Assembly (NCBI RefSeq): GCF_963921235.1
Contig: NC_086097.1
Coordinates: 64,048,001-64,112,000 of the forward strand
Source: Mobula hypostoma
Lineage: Eukaryota
Direction of reading: 5' to 3'
DNA: 64,000 nt
Positions 50,365 to 63,932 of this stretch are shown here, piece by piece; the first letter of the stretch is position 1, and each line of letters opens with the position of its first letter. The notes beneath the pieces were generated by a model, which ran no database searches, was not told the origin of the DNA, and saw only the letters and a program-made list of their open reading frames with translations. Made by a program: the position numbers and the translations under genes.

Positions 50365-52790
50365 ACAGAAACATAGAAAACAGGAACAGGTAAAGTTACT
50401 CAGCCCTTTGAATCTGCACTATTCAATAACATCTTTGCTAATCTCCAAATTCAAGACCCTGGTCCTGTTTCCTCTTCATATTCCTTCATCTTCCTAGCAT
50501 AGATCCTTCTTGAATATAGTTAGTTATTTGACCTCAAGTAGCTTCTGTGGAAGAGATTTCTACACGTTCACTACTCTCTGGATGAAGGAATTTCCCTTTA
50601 GCTTATTGATCTACACCATGTCCTTTGGCTGCGACCTGTAATTCTGGACTTCCCCATAATCAGGTACATCTTTCTAATCTTTCCGATTGCATCAGTGATC
50701 TGCAAGTCTGATTCTTCAGAACTCTAGTGAGCAGTGGTCAATTATCTGAAACTCTTGCTCATAGGTAAGTGGTGCAACTCCAGGAGTTGGCCTGATGAGC
50801 GTGCTGTTTTCTCCATCCACAGCAAGAGTACCCTTCCCCGGGTAAAAAGGCTAAAACTGTGCTCAATGAGTAGACTGCTCAAGGCAGTAGGACATCCCTG
50901 CTCTTGTACTTAATTCTTAATATGAAGGCCAGCATTCCATTTGCTTTCTTAACATCTGCTGCACAGACATGGTTCCTTTCATTGCCTTGTGCACAACAAC
51001 ACCAAGACCACCTTGCATTTTCCCTTTTCCAAACCTATTACTGTTCAGGTAAAAATCAGCCTTCCTGTTTTTGTCTTTGGAGTAGTTAACCTCACCTTTA
51101 TCCACATTATATGGCACTGGTCACATACAGTATTTGCCCATTCATTCAATCTGTCCAAATTGCCTTGAAAGCTCTCCGTGTCTTCCACATGGCTCATACC
51201 CCACCCAGACTGGAGTCATGTGCAAACCTTTAGATATTACATTTAATTTGCTCATCTATGTATATTGTGAATAACTGAGATCCAAGGATCAAAGCCTGCC
51301 AGTCACTGCTCTCTACTTGTTTGTCAACTAGTTCTATGTTCATCTCAGTGAACAGCCCATGATCCATGTGCTTTAAGTCTACTTATAATCACTCATATGG
51401 GACCTGATCAAAAGCCTTCAGAAAATCTAAGTACATCCCTGTACTAGCTATGTGTAAAAATTTCCACTGAATTTTTCAATCCTAATTTTCTTTTTATTAA
51501 TACAGGTCAAATACCCTTTATCTGAAACTCCAAAATCTGAAATCCCAAAATCTGAAATCCAGAATTTTTTTGAGCGCTGACATGATGTCACAAATGGAAA
51601 ATTCCACAAGGTGCAGGTCTCTGCACACCACAGACAATGCTGAGAAGTGACCTCAAATACGTAATGAACAGAAGTTAATGAAAAATAGAGTAACAGTACA
51701 TAAAGCAAGAAAACAAAGATCCTGATGGTGTATTGACAGAGTGGGTTCATCAGCATCAGAGTGAATACGTGCTGCTTAGCAGTAACCTGCTCATGAAACA
51801 AGCAAACATCTATCACGATAAACTGAAAATTGAAGGTAATTGGAAATATTCAGCAGGCTGGTTGCAGAAATTTAAGAGAAGGCACAGCATTAAATTTTTT
51901 AAAAATTGTGATAAAGTGTCTGCTGATCACGAAGCAGCAGAGAAATTCATTGATGAGTTTGACAAGATAGTCACTGATGAAAACCGAACATGCTGAACAG
52001 CTGCATCGGTATGTATGTGTGATGAACAAACGTAAGACGAAGACTGCTTCCCAGTAGCACTTACACTCAGAGTTGGAAATGATGGCGATCTCAGGCTATC
52101 TCGTTAGATATTCCAGAATCTGAAATAATCCAAGGCACTTCCAGCCCCAAGTATTGCAGCTAAGAGGTACTCAACCTCTATATGCTGATTTTGACCAATC
52201 CTGTCAATGTTTTCCAAAAGTGTTGCTATTACATCTTTAATGACTTGAACATCTTCCCAATGACCAATGTTAGGCTGACTAGCCACTCACTCACAATTTT
52301 CTCTCCTCCCTTTTTTAGATGTGTTGCATTAGATGGTTGGAAAATGACTACCATGATCCATTCTTTCTACTGTCAATTCCTTAAGTACCCTGTGAGACAT
52401 ACTATTGGGCCTTGGGCATTTATTGGCCAACAATCTTATCACTTTCCTTAAAATCATTTCACACTAATACTGATTTATTTCAGATCCTTTTCTGTGTATC
52501 AATTCTGAAAGATTATTTGTGTCTTCCTTGGTGAACACTAAACCAAAGTATTTGCCAGTTGTTTGTTTCTTTATTTTCTATTATTAAAACATCTGTTTCC
52601 AACGATAAAGGGCCTACATTTGTCTTCACCAATACTTTTGTGTTTACGTATATATAGAAGATTGCACAGTCCGTTTTTATGTTCTCTGCAAGCATACATT
52701 CATCCTCTATTTTCCCCCTTTTTATCGCTTTGTCCTTCTTTGAAGATCTATGAATTTTTCCCAGTCATGCTTACTTTGACAAGTCCAATC
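50365..52790 (-). mobile_element. Old CR1 LINE interrupted by a Tigger-like element
   Basis: CR1-like peptides YNVDKGEVNY...KADFYLN and LAENIKTD...NVGPL. A TTCTATGTTTCT tail lies near 50370. Confidence 0.7.
51503..52178 (+). mobile_element. Tigger/pogo DNA transposon remnant (CENP-B-type HTH)
   Basis: TA-flanked ends CAGGTCAAATACC and GGTACTCAACCTC. ORF 51733-51996 has LLMKQA...WKYSAGWLQKFKRRHSI. Confidence 0.8.
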
Positions 52791-55700
52791 ATCTGGCTGT
52801 ATTTCTGCTCTGGGCATACAGGCAGAGACTGAGGACCACAGCACCAATGATTAGGTGCATGAGGGAGGCAGTGGAATCGGTGGACTGGACAATGTTCAGG
52901 GACTCATCTTCCAATCTGACTGAATTATACCACAGTCATCATTGGCTTCATTGAGACCTGTGTGGATGATTCTGTACCTTCAAGAACACACAAAACATAC
53001 CTTCTTCTTCTTAAACCCATCACCCCAACTAGGCCATAGGTCACAACAGCAGCTTCCCAGATTCCTCTGTCTTGGACCAGTCTTTCAAGTTTAGTCCATC
53101 TTCAAAGATCCTTCCTTTTCCAGGCTGAGGTCTTTGGACTTTCCGTTGGTGTTTCTGTAGCTCTGGGTTTTCACAGGGTGGGGTTGATATCCCCAAGCCC
53201 AACACTCCAATTTTCGCAGCCAGGCTTGGGGCCAGAGTTACATACCGAACATACCCAAACCGAGAACTATGGATGAATCAGGAGATTCACAGTCTACTGA
53301 GGGCTAGATCTGCAGCAATCAAGAGTGATGATGCAGAACTATACAACCTGCAGAAGGCTTTTTAAAGAGCAAATAAACAATTCTGATTGAAGTTGGAGAT
53401 GAAATCAAATGCATGTTGGCTCTGGCAGGGATTGCAGGCTATTACTTCCTACCAGGCGAAACCTAGCATCAAGAAAGGTTGAGATGCTTCTTTCCCAGAT
53501 GAACTCAATGCCTTTTATGCACATAAAACTACATACATCTGTGCAAATCCCTGCAGTATCTGGTGAACTAGTGATCTTTGTCTTGGAGGCTGATGTCAGA
53601 ACTTCTTTCAAGAAGGTGAACCCTCACAAAGTGTCAGTCCCTGATGGTGTACCTGGTTGACACAGGAAACCTGTGCCAACCACCCGGCGGGAGTGTTTAA
53701 GAACATCTTCAATCTCTCATTGCTGCAGTCGGCTGTCCTTCAAAAGGGCAACAATCATATCACTGCCCAAGAAGAGCAGGCTGAGCTGCTCAGTGACTAT
53801 TGCCCAGATACATTCACATCTACTGTGATGAAGTACTTTGAGAAGTTGGTCATAAGACCATAAGACAAAGGAACAGAAGTTGGCCATTCGGCCCATTGAG
53901 TCTGCTCCGCCATTTTATCATGTGCTGATCCGTTCTCCCATTTAGTCCCACTCCCCCACCTTCTCACCATAACCTTTGATACCCTGGCTACTCAGATACC
54001 TATCAATCTCTGCCTTAAATACACCCAATGACTTGGCCTCCACTGCTGCCCCGGCAACAAATTCCATGGATTCACCACCCTCTGACTAAAAAAATTTCTT
54101 CGCATTTCTGTTCTGAATGGGCGCCCTTCAATCCTTAAGTCATGCCCTCTCGTACTAGACTCCCCCATCATGGGAAACAACTTTGCCACATCCACTCTGT
54201 CCATGCCTTTTAACATTCGAAATGTTTCTATGAGGTCTCCCCTCATTCTTCTAAACTCCAAGGAATACAGCCCAAGAGCAGACAAACGTTCCTCATAAGT
54301 TAGCCCTCTCATTCCCGGAATCATTCTAGTGAATCTTCTCTGTACCCTCTGCAACGTCAGCACATCCTTTCTTAAATAAGGAGACCAAAACTGCCACAGT
54401 ACTCCAAGTGAGGTCTCACCAGCGCCTTATAGAGCTGCAACATCACATCCCTGCTCCTATACTCTATTCCTCTAGAAATGAATGCCAACATTGCATTCGC
54501 CTTCTTCACTACTGACTCAACCTGGAGGTTAACCTTAAGGGTATCCTGTACGAGGACTCCCAAGTCCCATTGCATCTCAGAACTTTGAATTCTTTCCCCA
54601 TTTAAACAATAGTCTGCCCGTTTATTCATGACTAGAATCAACTCATGTCTCTGCAAAGAACACGGCCTCGCTGCAATTTTCCTATCACCACAATAGGTCA
54701 ACAGTAGATACAGTCTCATTGGCTCTCCACTTGGCCTTGGATCGCCGGACAATTGCAATACCTACATCACACTGCTGTTTATTGATTTCAGATCAGCATT
54801 CAACACAAATATGCCCTCAGTACTAATCAACAAGCTCCAAAACCTGGTCTTTATACCTCCCTCTGTAACTGGATTCTTGACATCCTCATTGGGAGACCAT
54901 AGTTAGTGCAGATGGGAAATAACATCTCTACCACTCTGACACTCAACACTGGCTCACCTCAAGGATGGGGGCATCACTGCTCTACTCTCTCTATACCTAC
55001 GACTGTGTGGTTAGCACAGTTCAAATGCCAACTATAAGTTTGCTAATGCTACAACTATTGCTGCCTAAATTTCTGCAGGTGACAAGAAGATATACAAGAG
55101 TGAGATAGATCAGCTGGTTGTGTGGTGTTGCAACAACAATCCTGCACTCAACATCAATAAGACCAAGGAGTTGATTGTGGACTTCAGGAAGGGGAACTCA
55201 AAGGAACACACAGCAGTTCTCATTGAGGGATCAGAAGTGGAAAGGATGAGCAGTTTCAAGTTCCTGGATGTCAGCATCTCCAAGGATCAATCCTGGACCC
55301 AACATATTGGTGCAATTACAAAGAAGCACGATAATGACTATATTTTATTAGGAGTTTGAGGAGTTTTGGTATGTCACCAAAGACTCTTGCAAATTTCTAC
55401 TGATGTCTGTGGAGCGCATTCTGACTGGTTGAATCACCATCTGGAATGGAGGGGCCACTGCCCAGGATCAGAAAAAGCTGCAGAAAGTTTTAAATTCAGC
55501 TAGCTCCATCATAGGCCTTCCCTGCATCAAAGACGTCTTCAAAAGGAAGTGCCCCAAAAGGACTCCTACCATCCAGGGCATGCCCTCTTCCCCTTGCTAC
55601 TATTAAGGAGGAAATACAGGAGCCTGAAGACACATTCTCAACATTTTAGGAACAGCTTCTTCCCCTCTGCTGTGAGGTTTCTGAACAGGTAATGAACCAA
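52790..55700 (+). mobile_element. Long decayed Rex1/Babar LINE with nested insertions
   Basis: KVNPHKVSVPDGVPG, FTSTVMKYFEKLV, FIDFRSAFNT and LNINKTKELIVDFRK motifs. Confidence 0.85.
53851..54626 (-). mobile_element. Young CR1 3' fragment inserted in Rex1 (same subfamily as 32908-35098)
   Basis: Near-identical to 32920-33695 with the same CTTATGGT tail. The host rejoins at GGTCAT|GACTAGA with a short TCAT duplication. Confidence 0.92.
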
Positions 55701-55705
55701 TGTAC

Positions 55706-58700
55706 TGTCAGGAAATGGAGGGAATGTTTGTCCCAAAAGCAGAGCAGTGGATACAATTCGGCAATGTACAATAACTTTAATATAAACGGCGAAAATAACA
55801 AGCCATGAGGGGGTCACAAAACAAAAGAGAGCAAATACTAAACACCACAGGAAACAAGGTGACAGAAGGCTAGGACCAACTGATTGAGGCTGGCTGGTTT
55901 GATGAGTGAACCAGGACTATGGGTGAGAGATGGGTTTAAATAGGCTGCAGGTGATGAGTTGTAAATGAGTGGAACGCGACTTCTGTTAGCTGGGTGGAGA
56001 CTGGGAGGTGTCTGCCTGTACAGACCTGACAGGACCTCCTACCCCCCCTCCCACCCCCACTTGCCTACAGCTGGCACCCGATCCAGATGGGTCTGCTGGA
56101 ACTGCTTGATGAGTGATGGATCCAAGATGAAACTGGACAGGCGATCAGGGACTGTACATCTCGTACACAACAATGTGAATCCATTGACAGGTGAACCACG
56201 TACACTGGACCTCCTTCCACCATTCTAGGCTCGGGTGAGTTGGTGGGCCATGGACAATGAACTTGAGGCAGGACATGGGACGTAGGTGTGATCCTGAGGG
56301 ACGGTGGGGGCGCAGCTGGAGACAGGAAGTGATTGGATTGATGCGACGGGTGATCTTGAAGGGATCAATGAACTTAGGCGAGCGCTTGTGGGAGTCGGTG
56401 CAGGGGCAGATCTCGGACAGCCAGACATGATTCTCAGGCCAGAGTAGGCACAGTTGGCACCGACGATGGCCCTCTTCCAAGCATTCAAGCAGTGGGGTAT
56501 CAAGGCTCTCGCAGGTGGGATCTTTACCACTGGCACCTCCACAAGGAGCAATGGGGGTTGGTAGCCATGAAGTATATTAAAGAGTCTGACACCCAAGGCA
56601 GGGAAGCAGTGTAGATTGTGGGACAGTTCAGCCCAGAACAGATCTGTCTTCCACGTGGAAGGGGTAGAGGCGGTGAAGCGTTGTAGTAACCTCTCCAATT
56701 GCTGAGTGGCTCTTTGTGACCAAGTGTTGTTCTGCAGATGATAGCCAGAGGACAAATTCACTGAGGTGTGGACGAGGGAGCAGAGGCTCACCAAAGTGGA
56801 GGCCCCAGTCCGATGCAATATCCTGAGGGAAGCAGTGGAGATGAACTACATATTGGAGAACCAGGGTCCACCATCTCAGATGCTGACAGAAGCTTGGGGA
56901 GGGCAATGAAGTGGGCCACCTTGGAGAACCAGTCCACCACCGCCCTGATCACCACGGTCACACCAGAAGATGGCAGGGATACAGAGGGTCACTGGTTGGA
57001 GAAATTGGACCGGACACATTGAGGGCAGGCGTACATCTGCGATCACGGTGAGCCACTAGAACCAGCGTCACAGAAAATCCAGTCTGTCGTGTGCCCGTAT
57101 GGCCAGGGATGGGTGAGGAGTGGGCCGACTGAGGTGCCTCAAAGTGCATGGCTTCCGGTACATACATGTGGTTGTCAGGCGTGTCAGCCAGAGTAGGGTC
57201 GCGTTGTAGGGCCTGGTGGATCTGGTTCTCCAGATAATCGGGGTGAGGATCTGGGAGGAGGGAATGGTAGGCTGAGGATGAATCTCCATTTCAGCTGGGT
57301 TTATCTGTCGTGACAGGGCATCTGCCTTAGTGTTCTTGGAGCCAGGTCATTTGGAGAAGGTGAGGTTGAATCAGTCGAAGAAGACCCGGTGAGCATGACG
57401 AGGGTTGAGTTGGCAGGTTTGTCGTATGAATACGAGGTTCTGGTTGCCAGTTCAGATCAGGAAGGGCTCGGTGTTTCCAATCAGCCAATGTCGCCATTCC
57501 TGCAAGGCCCATTTCATTGTGGGTAGCTCCTGGTCTCTACAGTGCTGTGTACAGTTGAACATGCCTGAGAAGGCAGCACAAGGGTGTGTCTGCCCATCCA
57601 GTCCTTGCCAGGAGAGGAATGCCCCAGTGCCCTATTCAGATGTGCCCACCTCTACCACAGGAGGCCTGGAGGGGTTTGGATGGCAGAGAATGGGAGTTGT
57701 GGTGAAGCGTCTCTTGAGCTGCTGGAAAGCTTGGTCTGCGGCAGCAGACCAGGTTATCTGTCAGATAGACGACTTGGTAGGGAAGGTGAAAGGAGCAGAG
57801 AATGGGCTGTAATTTCTGAAGAACTTGGAGAAGCACGAGGAGTGCTGGAACTGTTTGAGGGAGTGCAGTTGGGGCCACTCAGTGACAGCTCACACTTTCT
57901 CTGGTCCATGGTTTTGCCTTGGGGTGAAAGGACGTAACCCAGGAAGGAAATGACTGGGGCGTGGAACTGGCATTTCTCTAATTTGCAGTACTGTTGGTTT
58001 TTGAGGAGATGTTGAAGGACTGACGTGGTCTTGGGGGTTCCTGGAGAAGATAAGGATGTCGTCGAGGTAGATGAACACAAACCGGTATAATATGTCTCGA
58101 AGGATTTTGTGAATGAAAGCTTGTAAAACAGCCGGACAGCTGGAACATCCGAAAGGCATCAGCAAGTATTGGTAGTGGCCAGTGGGTGTTATAAATGCTC
58201 TCTTCCACTCAACACCCTGATGGATGCACATTAGATTGTATGCACTCCGCTGATCCAGTCTGGCGAAGATCTGGGCCCCATGGTTTATTTTGACTGTGCT
58301 ATCCATCAGTGGGAGAGGGCTGCTGTTCTTAATGGTGATTTTGTTGAGTCCACATAGCTGAGGCCGTGGCAGAGACCCCCATTTTTCTTGTTGACAAAGA
58401 AGAATCCTGCACTGGCTTGGAACTGGGATGGTCGAATGAAGCGGTGATATCATGCTTCATTCATGGCTTGGTCTCTGGAGTGAAGAGCAAGAACAGACAG
58501 CCTCGGGGAGGGGTGGTGCCCGGGAGGAGGCTGATTGCGCAGTCGTGTGGTCTATGAAGTGGCAGGGCACTGGCTTCCCTCTTACTGAAGGCAACGGCTA
58601 AGTTGTGGTGTTCCTGCAGGAGCTTTGTGAGGCCAAGGGTTTCCTCCATCTTCACGGATTTACGGGGTGAAGTGAACTAAGGTTACAGGCAGGTGGGTCG

Positions 58701-60255
58701 CGAACTCAACAGTGAAGCAGATGGCCAGGCAGAGTGAGGGTGGTAACTGGAGAGCCAGGATGAGAGGAGTGTTGGATGAGTCAATCAGAAGGAATGGGAT
58801 GGACTTGCGGTGCTCTGTGATGCTCATGTGCGCAGGCCGTGTGCACGCTCTGACCACCCAGACCCCAAGGATCTGTCAAAGGCTGTGATGCAGAAGGAGT
58901 GAGACATAGGCTTGGTAGGGAGTACAAGCTGCACACAGGAAGTTGCTTGCTGTGCTGGAGTCCATCAGAGCCTCCTGTGCGCGTGAGCCATTGGGGTGTG
59001 GAGGAGGACAGGCTGTGGTTCTGGAGCAAGGACCGGGGGAGCTTACCAGGTTGAAGGCCCCTCAACTCTACCCAGTGGTGCCATTTCCCAGATGCAGTGG
59101 GTACTTGATGTGTGAGCAATCGGCTGATGCACAGTAGGTTCACATGCTGATTGTCCACTGATGCTCGCGTTCTTGGGGAGTTAGGGGAGCTCTCCCCAAA
59201 CGCATGCGTTCTGGAGGCATTGCCGATGAGAGTCCTGCAGCCAGGAATGGTTTGATTCTGGCTGATGATCTGGAAGGTTGTTCCATAAGGTGCTTGTCAG
59301 TATACAGGGCCAGACTGTTCAGGCTTTTTATGTCACTGGGCATCTCCTGAGCAGACAGCTTGGCTTCCAGGCTCCCCGAGAGGCCACAATGGTAAAAGGC
59401 CAGTGGCCCTGCCCTATTGCAGTTGCACTCTGCTGTGTGGGTACTGAGTTCCACATTGCAATGTAGCACCATGTGTCAGCCTTGACACAGGAGCAGTATC
59501 TGATCTGCTGCCTCCCATCCACTTCCCAGATGGTAAAAAACCCAGCGCATCTCAGCGGCGAATTCCTCATATTTATTGTAAATGGTAGTTTTATTGTCCC
59601 TGATAGCAGCGGCCCAGGTCAGTCAGGAGAGAGAGAGGGAGGGGGAGGGAGAGAGAAGGGGAGAGGGAGGGAGGGAGAGGGAGAGAGGGAGGGAGGGAGG
59701 GAGGGAGAGAGGGGGAGATATATCTATATATGAAGGCAGACTTAGCTCGGTCCGTAGAATACAGAGTTGGCTGGAGCTTGAAGTGCAAGATGTACTGCAA
59801 TATGAATTGCAGTTTCGGGTTGGGGAATCTGGCAAACTGTTTGGGCACCGAGGAAGGAGGCAGACTGGCTTGGGGTTGCTGTAATGAGACGGAGAGTGGG
59901 TTGAGGGTGGCGAGCAGGTGGTCAGTGCTTTCCTGCTGCTTCTGGATTGTGTGCTCCCGTCAATGGACGACTTCCCTCAGGTGAGCAAACTCTACTGGGT
60001 CAATCGATGGTCCATTTATCCTGTCAGGAAAGGTTTGGCCCAAAAGTAGAGCAGTGGAAACAACTGAGCAAAGAACAATAACTTTTAATAATAGTCTGTG
60101 AAAAAAACAAGCCTCAAGGGGCCACAAAACAAGAAAGAGCAGATGTGAAACACCACAGTCAACAAGGTTACTGAAGGCTGGGAACAACTGGATGAGGCCG
60201 GCTAGTTCAATGGGTGAACAAGGACTGTGGGTGAGAGCTGGGTTTAAATAGGCAA
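55706..60255 (-). mobile_element. Ty3/Gypsy chromovirus (Sushi-like) LTR retrotransposon, decayed
   Basis: The 3' LTR spans 55706-56031 (TGTCA...TGACA) next to a PPT, and a homologous 5' LTR starts at 60022. RT has FIYLDDILIFS and [11 protein letters not shown]. Integrase has HPGHTG and GPF-like remnants, with a chromodomain-like tail (...SSFILDPSLI). There are many frameshifts. Confidence 0.9.
59626..59731. repeat. (GA/GGGA)-rich microsatellite followed by (TA)n, inside the Gypsy gag region
   Basis: Seen directly in the sequence. Confidence 0.9.
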
Positions 60256-60448
60256 TGCATTGTGCATTAATATGATCCACAGAATATTAACAGAATGCAA
60301 AACAAGCTGACCACTATATTCTGGTACATGTGACAACAGTAGACCAATTCCATTTTCTATTTTTATGTCAATATTAATATGCCTAATTTGTGGGCCACAA
60401 TTAATCCAGACAAGAATGGACAACTGTTGCAACTCATTGAATCCTTCA

Positions 60449-60580
60449 AACAACAGGAATTCTGCAGATGCTGGAAATTCAAGCAACATACATCAAAGTT
60501 GCTGGTGAACGCAGCAGGCCAAGCAGCATCTATAGGAAGAGGCGCAGTCGACGTTTCAGGCCGAGACCCTTCGTCAGGAC
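60449..60580 (-). mobile_element. 132-bp Penelope-derived terminal-repeat insertion with a 12-bp TSD
   Basis: TTGAATCCTTCA at 60437-60448 and 60581-60592 flanks a sequence homologous to the PLE terminal repeat at 14718-14820. Confidence 0.9.
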
Positions 60581-60581
60581 T
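60546..60581 (-). ncRNA. Minimal type I hammerhead ribozyme with an intact core
   Basis: AGUC-CUGACGA-AGG GUCUCGG CCU-GAAAC-GUC^GACU. Both conserved core boxes, stem I (AGUC/GACU), stem II, a palindromic ACGU stem III and a GUC cleavage triplet are present. Confidence 0.8.
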
Positions 60582-60759
60582 TGAATCCTTCACATTGCTG
60601 ATCCATGATTAACCTCATTTATAACATTCCTCTGTCTCTCTGGGCTAATTTCACCTCACCCATCAGAGAATTCTTAGCTAGATGCAAAGTGCTGGAGATT
60701 ATACTGGAGTTATGAAATTAAAACGAGAACCAGTCTTCAAAAATAAAGAGCTGTTCACA

Positions 60760-61345
60760 ATTTAACTTCCATTGAGTTTAGGAGTAGGAACATTTTGTTG
60801 CAATTATGGAAGCCATTGGCGAACCTGCACTGGAAGTATTGTGTACAGTTCTGGTCGCTCTATTATAGGAAAGATGGTGTCAGGCTGGAGAGGCTACAGA
60901 GTTTATGAAGGTGCCACACTGGAGTAGAGGGCCTGAGTAACACAGAGAGGCTGGCCACACTGGATCTTTATTCCCTGGAGCACAAGAGAATGAGGGATGA
61001 CCTCATAAGTATTTTCAAAGTCATGAGGGGCAGGGATAGGGTTGGCATCTTTTCCCCAGGATTGAAGAGTCCAAGACTTGAGGACACTGATACAAGAGGG
61101 GAGGGATTTAAAAGAGACCTGAGAGGTCACTTCTTTACACTCGAGCATCTGGATGAGCTGTCAGAGGAGTGGCTGAGGCAGATATCATTGCAACATTTTA
61201 GAGGCAGTTTGATCGGTACCTGGAGTGGAGGGCTTGGGGGGCTATGGGCTAAATGTGGGCAGCAGGGAGAATGATGTGATCAGCATGGGCCAGTTGGCCC
61301 AAAGCACTTGTTTCCATCCTGACTTACTCTATGTCTCTATGACTT
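60760..61345 (+). mobile_element. Old CR1 3' fragment; another lies at about 62040-62350
   Basis: RMRDDLISIFKVMRG.DRV...FKRDLRGHFFT; tail CTCTATGTCTCTATG. Confidence 0.8.
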
Positions 61346-63524
61346 AATAATATTTTAAGGCTATTGAAAGAAGGATCAAGCGAGGGACATTCTGATTCTG
61401 CACCATCGTAACTACGCAGGGGAAGACATAGGTGAATGTCCATGTTGATTGGCTCTTGTTGAAATACCCATGATGAGATCAGGGAAGGCTATGACTGGCT
61501 ATCTCCCGCATTTACACCTATCCCTGGCTCTTTATACACAATCCGGGAGATGTCTGTTTTGTTACTTAATATTCCGGTTGTCGACTGTGGGGAGAGGATC
61601 CTTTGGCACTGAGGGCTGGCATTCTAATAATTTTGTTTTGTATTGAGGATTGTCCACATGAAAACTAGAAAAAAACTCGCAGTAAGATCTAACGCTACCT
61701 GTTGATAATTTGCACCATAAAAATAATAAATAAGTAACTACTAAAGTCTGTTGTCATTCTTGAGTTTGTTAAAACTGATCACCAAAGTCACTGATACACT
61801 TTAGTTACACCAAACAGCAGGATGTTTTTGACAAAATGTGGTCGGACTTTTGATGTACTCATATTGATAATCTGTCACCATTGGCCTGTTCACTCTGCAC
61901 TGTTCACCAACTGCACATAGTATTTGGTTATCAGGTGAAAACTGGGTGTTAAGTGAACTTGTGTTAATAGGTAAAGAGCTAGTGTTTCCCAGAACATAGA
62001 ATAATAGAGCAGAGAAACACGGTGCAAGGGTGATCACTTCGAGGTCTTGGATTGCTTAAAAAGGGTTTGATAAGGTAAATATGGAGAAAACCTTTGCACT
62101 TCAGGGAAATTCCAAAACCAGGAAACGGATATTAGATTGTCACTGATAAATTCAAAGAGAATTCAGCACACATTTCTTTACCCAGTATGATAAGAATGTG
62201 GAACTTGCTCTAATTTAAGGAAATATCAGAAATGCATTTGAAGTCAGGCTGGAAGAGAGGAATAGCAGAATATGTTGAAAGTCTAGATTACTGAGAGTGG
62301 GTAAAGGCATGTGTGCAGCATAAATACTGACACTGAACAGTGTTTCCAAACGCCTATAGGCCCAGGCAACTCTGTGTCTGTTATTGTAGCATTTGAAAAC
62401 CTATACTTCTGTCTTTTACCAGTTCCTCTTTCAAATTGTTGGAAGTTGGTGGCGTGAGAGAAGTTTTGAAAGCATGTTTTCTCTTGTAGTTATGCAGACT
62501 TCTGCAAACTTTGCAGGCTCTGGAATTTCCTGCCTAATTAAACTTTCTTTCCTTACCATTTGTGAGGCCCATCTGTTTGGTCATTTGGTATCTGTTTAGT
62601 TGATTTCTATGTCACATTTTGTTTGAAACCACATCTCAAGGACATTGGAATGCTTTGAGGTTAAAGGCATTATATAAGCTGTTGTTTGATGTTGTACTTT
62701 GAAAGAGTCAAAAAACACAACAGTGTGGTGAACACTGTAACTACTTTCAGGTCAGGTTTATGACATCTCCATTACTTTTGTATTTAATGTTCAGGTTTCT
62801 CTAACTTTAGTTCATGATGCTGAGGTCAACTTTAGTATTAGTGTTGCTGTTCCTTTTGTGCCTTGTGGTGCATTGGGCAGCATTTTTGCTGTTTCTGCAG
62901 CATTTGACCTTTTTTTATGAGGCTGATTTGCTAACTTGACTGTTGAATCCAGCACGGATGGAAAGAGTGCGAGGAGCCGGCCAGATCCAAACCTGGGATC
63001 ATTCGCCTTGAAGTCTGATGCTGATGCCACTACACCACCAGCCAGCTGTTACTGTAATGTGTCCACGTAGTCATCAAGAATAGTATTTTATACAATTTTA
63101 GGCCAATTGTATACACAAAGTCATTTTGTATACAATAAAGTTGCCTGTTTTCCTTTTCTTTACACTCGATAAATCTAGTATTTCTCCTTCTAATTATCCA
63201 TATAGAACTATGTCAGATTATGCTATAATTCAACTTCCTTTTGTTATTTACCAGTCAATATGTTTAAAACATTTACGTTAGTTTTAATCTATCTGAGACC
63301 TTTTTGTTCACATGGGCAACACTGAAGGAGGGTAGAAAATGCAGTTTAATTTTCTGAAAATTTGCTAAGAGTTGGTTTTCTGACTGATTGACAGCCCGGT
63401 TGAATGAATTGGTCCCAGGTTAACTTCTGAGTGGAAAATACTGGTCAAACATGGATGGTCTGGGCAGAGCCAAGCTTTGAAAGCTGAAATAAGTTTGGAA
63501 TGGGTTGGTTGAAATATTATAGAA

Positions 63525-63765
63525 ACATAGAAAACCTACAGCACAATACAGGCTTTTCGGCCTACAAAGCTGTGCTGAAAATGTCCTTACTTTAGAACTA
63601 CCTAGGCTTACCCATATCCCTCTATCTTTCTAAGCTCCATATATCCATCCAGAAGTCTCTTAAAAGACCCTATCGTTTCCACTTCCACCACTGCTGCTGG
63701 CAGCCCATTCCACACATTCGCCACTCTACGTAAAAAAACTTACCCCTGACATCTCCTCTGTACCT
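63525..63765 (-). mobile_element. CR1 3' terminal fragment
   Basis: FRGDVRGKFF-like coding end and a TTTCTATGTTTCTAT tail. Confidence 0.8.
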
Positions 63766-63932
63766 AATATTACTGGGTACAACAGGACACTGCCCTTCAA
63801 GAGGCAAAAGTGTCTGTGACAACCTTGTTAGACTCCAATTCCACTCCATGTGGTTGGGTGCTTTGCTCTTAATTATATCAGAAATGACTAAGAAAAACGT
63901 TGAATTAAAAGGAAGCCCAGTGAAAAACAAGC

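Noticed and set aside
51530..51565. Short repeats (TCTGAAA.TCC.AAAA) resembling a CRISPR-like array
   Set aside because: These are subterminal repeats of the Tigger element in a eukaryotic context, with no spacers or cas genes.
56050..60000. RTL1/PEG10-like domesticated gene
   Set aside because: The ORFs are heavily disrupted and the LTRs are retained, so it is a dead retrotransposon.
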